Origin: Anthoceros angustus
Taxonomy: Eukaryota > Plantae > Anthocerotophyta
DNA length: 64,000 bases
Direction of reading: 5' to 3'
NCBI GenBank assembly: GCA_010909165.1
Contig: VJWM01000044.1
Location: 1,426,001 to 1,490,000 of the forward strand
Position 1 is the stretch's first letter. Each line of letters opens with the position of its first letter. A program made the position numbers and the translations under genes. This document shows positions 56,300-64,000 of this stretch, piece after piece. The notes beneath the pieces were generated by a model. It was not told the origin of the DNA and did not search any database. It was given only the letters and a program-made list of their open reading frames with translations.

Positions 56300-59200
56300 C
56301 CCTCTTACCACTCTCGCTACACTCATCCAAAATCACTCACGCCGAAATCTCCACCTCTCTCGCAACGCTCAACGTTCTTTGGAAAAATGGGTGGGCTGCG
56401 TGGTCCGGACCTCCACCGTCGTCCACCGTCCTCTCCGTCCGGGCTCTACTCGCCCTCCCGGAGTTCCTCCGGCTCACCGTTCCGGTCCACCCGACGTCGG
56501 TTCGCTGCTCTGGACGAGCAAGGGTCCCTAGTCGTTCGTCCCTGCACACACCACCACATGTTAGGGTCCGTCACCTGGACCTGGATCAGTCTCTCCGGAG
56601 CTGTCGTGCCTGCTCAGTGACTCAGGACTCACGTTAGCAAGAAGACGCACAAGTGCGCAAGAAGCAGCATCAACACCAAGAGAAAGATGCTTTACTAGGC
56701 GGTCCACCCCTCTTATACTACGCCCAAGGGCGGCGTCTTTATTACACTCCTATCCCGAAAGTATCGGTGCCCAATCGCCGCCTACCATCTTACGCCTCTC
56801 CCCCTATCTCCGTCATCGGCGGTGGGCCTGGGACTGCCCTTGGTCCCGCCTCGGTGCCGATGACCCCACTCCTTGCCCTGACTGCTGCGGCGCACCCAAT
56901 CGGATGATCCGGGGACCCTTCCTCTTCCGAGACCACCGAGTTGGCTCTCGTGGCGGTTTGACGATCATGTAACCACCACATCCTCCTCTCCTGGCCTCCG
57001 AGTGGGTCCCCACCCTGTAGGGCCACCGGTTGACTGCTCCTCCTGAGCACGTCGGGAATGGCTCTCTCTCTCCTCCTGAGTCCGGACCTCGGGGTCCGGC
57101 CTCCACTCCGGGGTCCTATCTCCAGGAGTCGGTCTTATTTCCAGAGTCTGGACCTTAGGGTCCGTTCTCCTCCTTGGGGTTCGGACCTCAAGGTCCGAAC
57201 TTATTACCAGGGTCCGGTCCTCAAGTCCCGGACCCCCAACCCCCGGACCACCTACTGTTAGGGGTCCATCCTCACTCGCCGGCTCCCTTCCCTGGCTCGG
57301 GTCCGGTTGGTTTCCTCCTCCCTCACCCCCTTCGGGGCCCTCGTCCCTATCCTCCCTGACTGGTTGCGGCTGTCTTACCTCAGAGCTCGTTGTGTTCGCC
57401 GCATCCAGCTCCTCCTGAGGCTCTTCCCCGCCGCTGCCGTCGTCCCCAAACAGGGCCACTAAGGCCCCCGTGCTGTCCCCATGCCCTTCTTCCCTCTCCA
57501 CTCCCTCGGAGCCTTTTGGAGGTTCGTCCAGTTGTAGTGGACGCTGAGAAGCTTCCAATGCCTTGAGGAGCTCAGCGTGGTAGTAGGCAAAATCCGAGTC
57601 GATTTGCTGGATTGCCTCTTCCACATGCGCCCGGAGCACCCGATACTCCCTTCGCCATAGGTGCTCCGGGAGCTGAGCGTGCTGTCCGGCTTGCTGGTCT
57701 GTCTCTCCTGCCAGGTTTGTCAGCTGGAGCCGGGCAGAGTCTCGCGAGGCCACAAGGGAGGCCTCCGTTACCTCCTGCAATCGCCGCTGATGCTCTGCCT
57801 GCTCCAGCTCCCGTCGTTTCCGCTCCGCTGCCAGCTTACCTGCCATGGCGCAGCGTTCCCCCTCCGCCTTCCGCAACTGGACCAGCAGCTTCTTCTCTGC
57901 GTCCAGGGCTCTTGCTCCTCCGTTCATTCTGGCCTGGAGCTCCGCCATCTCCCTTCCCAGGCGGTCCGGCAACTCCGCCCGATTTCGCGCTTCATCCAGG
58001 TTCCTCTCCATCTCGGCGACGTCCTGCTCCTTGTTCCATCGCCTTACCTCTTGACCCGCGGTGAGCGCTCTATCTCCGCTCGTGATCCGCGATCACGCCC
58101 GTTCTTTCGCTCTTGGGCTGCGGCTCAAGGTCTCCTTCGACCTTCCATCTCACCTTGTTCATCCGGTGCCATAGCTGATCGAAGATCCTCCATCTCCTTG
58201 TTGCTGGCCTCCTTCTCTTCTACCCGGCTGACCCGAGCCTGCTCCGCTGCCTCCTGTTCCGCCTTCAGGCTAGCCACGGCGGTCCCTGCCGTCTCCCTCC
58301 ACCGGTTTCGATCCCTCCGGTAGTGATCACGGTCGGTTTTAGCAACGGCTTCCGCCTCGCGCGCCGCCTTCACCTGAGCCTCCGCGGCTTGGTGTTGTTC
58401 CCGCCTAGCCGCCTCAGCCAGGTTTCGAGCCCGCTCCGCCTGCCCTCGGGCTTCCTCCAGCTCCCCCTGCGCCACCTCCCGCCGCCTGCAGAGGTCCTCT
58501 GCCCGAGCTAAGGCCAAACGGGCCCGGGAGGAAGATGATTGGGAGGGGATTCCGGACTCCATCCGATTAGAACGGACACCCTTGCCGCCCCGAGAGGTAT
58601 GGGAGAATATCCTTGCCTCCCTCTTCTGGTTCCGGAGGTGGAGCTGCCCGCACCAGCCGGAGCACCCACGGGAAGGAGGCTGGCGGCGCGCTGCCGGCCA
58701 CCAAAGAACCCGCCACCCGGCGGAGCCACGCGGGCCAAGCGAGTCGTCAAGAGGCGGAAGGTGGCTCCCACCGATGAAGCACCAAGGAGCCACCAGTGCC
58801 TCTGCCCCTACCAACGGAGTGGCAGGAGGCGGAAGAAGCAGTATGGCGGGCGGAGAGGGGCGGCCCGAGGCGAGGCCAGTAGCGACCACATCCGGAGCCG
58901 TCTTGTCTCCGACGCGAGAGGGAAACGTGCTAGCTCCGAACCCCTCGCCGCCACCAAGCCCAAGACAAAGACGGGCGGCAAGGCTAGCGGCCAAACGGGC
59001 CAAGGAAGTGGAAGGGCCGGACCAGGGCACCCAGGACACGAGGTCTGATCGAGTTCGGAGCGTGTGGGACTCACTCCGGACCGCGTCTGTGATCCTTAGC
59101 GGACCGGGAAATGCCCGCACCCACGACGGACTTCTTGGGTGCCTCACAGTGGCGGCCGTGAAAGAAACACGGCGGGTTTGGCTACCGTCATGGACGGTAT

Positions 59201-60250
59201 GCTTTGGGGTCTCTGTGGGACGGCAGAGAAGACCCAGTCGGTGGAGGCAACAAGGAGGCGAATGATGCTCCTCCAGGAGCAGATGGAGGCGGCCCAAGAG
59301 GCGGAAAGAAGGCGGAATCCCTCGCTCGAATCGGGGAGGGAAAGCGCCGGGAGGCAGAACGGGAGGTCTGGTCCATTCGGCAAGACCGAACCAAGTTCCT
59401 TCAGCTGGGCGAACAGCTGAAGCAGGCCCAGGAGGCCCCTGCCTCCTCCAGCCAGGGCCCAAAGTCGGGGTATCTCCTGATGACAATGTTGCGCTCCACC
59501 AGGCGCCACGGCTCCCATACCTCCGCGGCCTTCTTGGGTCCCATCGCCGCCTTCTTCCGCCTCCTCCGCCTTCTTGGGTGCCTCACAGTGGCGGCCGCTC
59601 CCTCTTCGCGCGTCGCTCCAACCACGAAGGTGAGCCGCGCGAGAAGGTTCATGAGCGCTCGAAAAGATAGCGCCAAAGAGCGGGGTGGCGGAGCGCGAGA
59701 GACTGCGAAAATCATCGCCAGGTCACAAAGAGAAATGGTCTACCCTCCAGCTCGCGTCGTCGGGAGTAGTCGTGGAGCGAGAGGATGTCCCTTCGCCGCC
59801 TTCTTGGGTCCCATCGCCTTCTTGGGTCCCATCGCCTTACGCCCCGCTTACTCGCCTTACGCCGCATTTCTCTAACCTACGCTACCGAATCGTACTGGAG
59901 TGTGAATACCGCCTATAACGGCCACTGCAACCCCGCGTCACGTCACGCATGCCCGTTCACCACTCTGCACCGTCCACGTGGCTTCGCCTGTCTAAATCAC
60001 GCTCCAACTTCTAAGTTACTTTACTTGGCGTACTTATCCCGTTCTGACCCGGAGTGGGGTCCGGACTTATCCCGATACTCCGGTGCGTGGTCCGGAGATC
60101 CTTCGGAGCGTGCTCCGGAGTCCCTCCACCTAATCCGGAGTCCTTACTCCGGAGTGCAGTCCGGAGTACAGTCCGGAGTACAGTCCGGGCTTGTTTCTCC
60201 CTTTCCGCCTTAGTTTTCACTCCATACCTACGAAAAAAAACAAACCCAAC
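56300..60250 (-). mobile_element. GC-rich degenerate transposon-like segment encoding a frameshifted long coiled-coil ORF
   Basis: E/R/A-rich coiled coil split across ORFs 58125-59486 and 56965-58011 by frameshifts near 58050-58170. Internal direct repeats (TTCTTGGGTGCCTCACAGTGGCGGCCG x2; GCCTTCTTGGGTCCCATCGCC x3) and TCCGGA-rich ends. No RT, integrase or transposase motif seen. Confidence 0.45.
56559..56975 (-). mobile_element. Probable canonical solo LTR (TG...CA, 417 bp) nested in the GC-rich segment
   Basis: Starts TGTTAGGG and ends TGTAACCA, flanked by CCACA at 56554-56558 and 56976-56980. TATAAGAG and AGTAAA/AATAAA signals lie on the minus strand. Confidence 0.55.
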
Positions 60251-60894
60251 TTATTTCCTACCCCTGGGGAGAGTCCGTGGTCCACAGCATACGGCGAAAC
60301 TATTTCGGTATGTCACGCATGACCACATCGGTCGCTGCGGCCCCTCGGTGTACCGATGTTGTCAACCTACCCGATGATGCACACAAAGTTTTCACGATAC
60401 ACAGAAACTTTTTTTCTCTCGGGTTTCATTTAGGGTCATTTGCGTTTTCGTGCCTTTGCGGCATGCATCTGGGCTCCGTATGTGAGCGGTTGCATTTGCG
60501 CTGCGCTTACCATTTGCAATTGTGTTTGCGCTGCACTCATCGTTTGTGTTTGCGGCGCGGCTGAGTGCATTTGCCCTTGCGTGCAAGGCTGCAGTGTTTG
60601 GCACTAGATGCATACAGGGCTGCAACGTTTCCTACTGCCTATGGTGGTGCAGTTTCACATGAGCACTAAGTACCCTGAAACAAGCTTGTACCAGAAGGAC
60701 CAACACAAGAAGGGCTTCTATGAAACCAGTTGCACAATACAAGGCTTGCACCCAAAAAAGTCTACAATGCACATGTGTAAAGTTCAAAGGGCCTACTGGA
60801 CCACATAACGCTACCGTAGATTTATATATTCACTAATATCACCTATATTTTATAATAATAGATATATTAATATGGTGAAAATAAAAAGGAACAT

Positions 60895-60985
60895 AATGTA
60901 CGAGGTCCCAACCCGCTCATGCACAACTTTGAGTAGTTAAACCTTCCACCCTTAGTGGACATAACTAAAGTTGTTGTTGTAGTTA
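60895..60985 (+). mobile_element. Variant LINE/SINE 3' terminus with a (GTT)n tail
   Basis: CCCTTAGTGGACATAACTAAAGTTGTTGTTGTAG. A weaker copy, CCTTTAGTGGCCATAAGTAAAATTGTTG, lies at ~61355-61385. Confidence 0.45.
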
Positions 60986-61447
60986 TTAAGTTCATGGATT
61001 CGTCAGCGAGAGTTCGATACAACACATGGATTTGTCAAGGCGGGAGGGAAGAACAAGAAAACACAAGCTTGAGAAGACAATGGCACAGTATTACCATACT
61101 TACGTAATGTCGGAGCGAGTTCAAAAGTGTTGGTTTTTACTTATTGGTCATGGTAATGGTAATGGTAATGGAACCAAGGGAATCACTCATATAAAACTGC
61201 CTAGTTACATCCGTTAGAAAAACGTGCTTAACAAATGTTTCACTAGGTTCCTTGTCTGTGGAGCCGCATTTGTATTGTGATGATCGCGCGTAACCTTACA
61301 TAATTCTATACTTTTATTGCTTTAGATTCTATTATATCCCATGGTGGATCTTGCACCTTTAGTGGCCATAAGTAAAATTGTTGGTGCTTGTGCTTATGAC
61401 ATTGTGTATGTTAGGAGCAAGAAATAAAGAAAATGGGTAAGGGTTTC

Positions 61448-61581
61448 AAAAGTGAAAGGTATCTTAAAGTCTTTTGAAAAGTGAAAGGTATCTTAAAGTC
61501 TTTTGAAAAGTGAAAGGTATCTTAAAGTCTTTTGAAAAGTGAAAGGTATCTTAAAGTCTTTTGAAAAGTGAAAGGTATCTT
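61448..61581. repeat. Perfect 29-bp tandem array, 4.6 copies
   Basis: AAAAGTGAAAGGTATCTTAAAGTCTTTTG starts at 61448, 61477, 61506 and 61535, with a partial copy at 61564. Confidence 0.93.
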
Positions 61582-61648
61582 GTAGTCTAAAACGATTATT
61601 ATGCTCTGTTCATCTGCAAGCGACCCAGGTTTGAATCTTGATAGTGGA
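61575..61648 (+). pseudogene. Degenerate tRNA-like sequence (tRNA-Glu/Asp-like; possible SINE head)
   Basis: TCTTGTAGTCTAAAACG (A-box-like) and GACCCAGGTTTGAATCTTG (B-box-like) at tRNA spacing. The stems are eroded and no intact cloverleaf could be built by eye. Confidence 0.35.
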
Positions 61649-61689
61649 TGTGAAAAGACTAAATACATGCCCAAATCGTCAAAGAAAAC

Positions 61690-61890
61690 AAGAAATTTTC
61701 TCCACTAAGGACACTATTTTCCATCATGGTACTTGGTACTTTACAACGTGTACCATGGTGTAGCACCAAGAGCATCCACTCCCTCTATGCACCCCATCCA
61801 AGTACCAATCAAAGCCCACGATGTTTTATGAATGTGTGTCAATTTAGCTTATAAATGTGTGTCCATTTGGCCTAAGCCATTCGTAACAAA
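61690..61890 (-). mobile_element. Second copy of the short non-coding element at 25345-25575
   Basis: The reverse complement reads AATGGCTTAGGCCAAATGGACACACATTTATAAG...GGTACTTGGATGGGGTGC...CCATGGTACA.GTTGT.AAGTACCAAGTACCATGATGG...GTCCTTAGTGGA. Confidence 0.7.
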
Positions 61891-61899
61891 TGTTTCTCT

Positions 61900-62453
61900 C
61901 CAATCTCAAACCTTGCGATCTTCTACTTGTACTTCTCTAAGTCTGGGAGACCCTTGCTTCCACCCTAACTTCACAACCATGTATACTTCAACCTTAAGCT
62001 GATTATCGGTCATTTTCGTGTGGGGTCTCATTGTCTCATAATTGAGGCTAATAAATGGCTACACCCCCCAAGGCCACCTAAAAAGACCAAAATATGCACG
62101 TTATGCAATAGGGAAGTTGAGACTGATGAACACTTTTTTTCTTCTAGCCCATCTACGAAAATATCAAGAATGATTTTACTAACTTAGTCACAGCAGCTTG
62201 GTCTTTTCTCTAAAGTTTCTTTTCTTTTTCTGACCCTATGCTTATAGGTGTTTGCCTGAAACAAATGTGGCATTCAGAACACAATACATCTAACTTTTTA
62301 ACTTAACGGATATTTGATATACTTCATACCACTAGTATTTAGGTTAAGTTCAAAATAGCAATTAAACTTCAATTCTTTTATGTATTTCTGTCATATCAGC
62401 TCCATGACGAAAATTCCGTCCTTAATGGACTTCAATATACTTCTTCTTCTTCT
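61900..62453 (+). mobile_element. 5'-truncated, decayed copy of the LINE 3' end (ORF C-terminus, 3' UTR, TTC tail)
   Basis: AAGTCTGGGAGACCCTTGCTTCCAC...GTCATTTTCGTGTGGGGTCTCA and GTGTTTGCCTGAAACAAATGTGG...CCACTAGTA are reverse complements of ~62700-63190. Confidence 0.8.
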
Positions 62454-62666
62454 ACATGTCGGAGAAGCGGTTGGTCCGATGTAGATCTAAGTGGCCATTG
62501 GAATGTACGTCACGACGAGCGGACTGGCCTTGAGGCTCGAAATGGTGGAGAAACATGATGGGTAGTAGCATGACTGAGACGTCCCCGGGCGAGGCTCAAG
62601 CAAGGCGGAAGTAGTCTGAAGAGCCGCCCCGGTAGCATGACATATGTGCAGTCCGCGGGCGGGAGC

Positions 62667-64000
62667 GAAGAAGAAGAAGAAGAAGAAATATATTAAAGTC
62701 CACTAAGAACAGAATTTCCGTCATGGGACTGAAAAAACAGATATACAAAAAAGTATTGAAGTTTAACTGCTATTCAGAATTTCCTAAGTACTAGTGGTGT
62801 GAAGTAAATCACATATCTAGTAGGTTGAAAGATTGGGTATATTCTGCCCTATAAGCCCACATTTGTTTCAAGCAAACACTTGTAAGAACAGGGACAGAAA
62901 AAGAGAAGAAACTTCGGAGCGAAAATCAAGCTACTATGAATAAGTTGACAAAAGCATTCTTGATATCCTCATAGATGGGGCATACAAAAACAAAGTGCTC
63001 CTCTGTCTCAACTTCCCTGTTGCATAACCTACATATTTTGGTCTTCTTACGTGGCTTGGGATGCAACCATCTATCAGTCTCAATCCTGAGAAGGTGAGAC
63101 CCCACACGAAAATGACATATAATAATCCTAAGGTTGAAAGACACATGGTTGCATTGATAGAGTGGAAGCAAGGGTCTCCCAGACTTGGAGAGGATACGGA
63201 AAAATTGTTTGTAAGTCTGGAGTTTAGTGGGTAAGGATCCAAAGACAAGGTACCAGGTGTAGGAGAGATAGGTGGATTGCAATTCATTGCAAATGGACCT
63301 ATTGGAAGGAGAAGGCGAAAATTGGAAGAGGGGGTGGGCTAGAAGACTTTCCGGATAGAAGCCAAGCTTCTGTAGCCAAGTAGAAGACTGAGCATACCAG
63401 CAAGTCTTGCTACCTATAGAAGCTAACTTCCGAGAGGATTGGAAGGCAAGGAAGAGGTACGGGGGAGTGGAGGTGGGGTGATTGGACTGAGCTTCCTCTA
63501 AAGAATAGAGACGGTACATGAAACTAGTTAGACGAAACAGACCCTCAAGCTCAAGCGGGAAAGTGGCTAACTTTGCAGAAAAGATGGCTAGGGGGATAGA
63601 CTTCTTACAGACGATATGTGGCCAAAGATGATGCCACACCCTTGACAATGCAAGCGGTAGCAGAGAACTTCCTCTGAAATCTCGGGCCATAGAGAGTTAC
63701 ACCCATGTAGACATAAGACGGAACAATATCCACTGGATGGCTCTTATAGAAGAACTGCAAGTTGTGGTTAGGCAGGTCCTTCCTGTTGAAGAACATGACC
63801 TTGGTCTTCTTCAAGTTCACCTCTAAGTCCTTAGCCTCGCAAAAGTTGGACAAGACATCCAGTTGTCGTTGAAGGTCCTTGGGAGAATGAGACAAAAGTA
63901 CAAAGTCATCTGCATACAGTAGTATAGTGATATATACTAGGGAAAGAAGGCAACCAGGATCACCAGATTCCGCTAGCCAAGATTCCAGCTCATCAATATA
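62667..64000 (-). mobile_element. Non-LTR retrotransposon (LINE): RT domain end, C-terminal Cys/His motif, 3' UTR and (TTC)n tail; runs off the window
   Basis: ITILLYADDFVLLSHSPKDLQRQLDVLSNFC...VNLKKTKVM; YVYMGV; CHFRVGSHLLRIETDRW...ICRLCNREVETEEHFVFVCPIY; one frameshift near 63620-63690; (GAA)7 at 62667-62687. Confidence 0.92.

Noticed and set aside
56550-56980. 9-bp duplication ACCACCACA suggesting a Mutator-type insertion
   Set aside because: No TIRs inside those boundaries; TG...CA ends with a 5-bp CCACA TSD fit better.
61575-61648. Functional tRNA gene
   Set aside because: A and B boxes are degenerate and acceptor/anticodon stems could not be paired; kept only as a low-confidence relic.

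Overview
Eukaryotic nuclear DNA from a land plant. Very tight gene packing, mostly 50-120 nt GT-AG introns and the gene content suggest a compact-genome lycophyte such as Selaginella; this is inference only. About 15 recognisable or probable host genes are present: a mitoferrin-type carrier, two choline-transporter-like genes plus a decayed third copy, a dirigent-like protein, RPL9, NO VEIN, DUF1068, a CLASSY/DRD1-type SNF2, a ParB/Srx-like acidic protein, an unknown TM protein, an Smr-domain protein, a SagB-type nitroreductase, LEA and DUF4149 regions, and a GT92/GALS. Three accessory zones (about 24.6-27.4, 30.5-38.6 and 55-64 kb) are full of mobile DNA. They contain two solo-LTR-like elements with non-canonical AGTAAC...GTTACT termini and perfect 5-bp TSDs, and a duplicated chimeric cassette of intron-containing EPSPS + KARI + coiled-coil gene fragments. 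They also contain a partial copy of the CLASSY 3' end joined to an L1-type ORF1, with a palindromic 48-bp array upstream, and several LINE relics that share a structured 3' terminus with (TTC)n or (GTT)n tails. No rRNA, intact tRNA or CRISPR array was found. Exon and repeat boundaries were read by eye; coordinates marked '~' are approximate.
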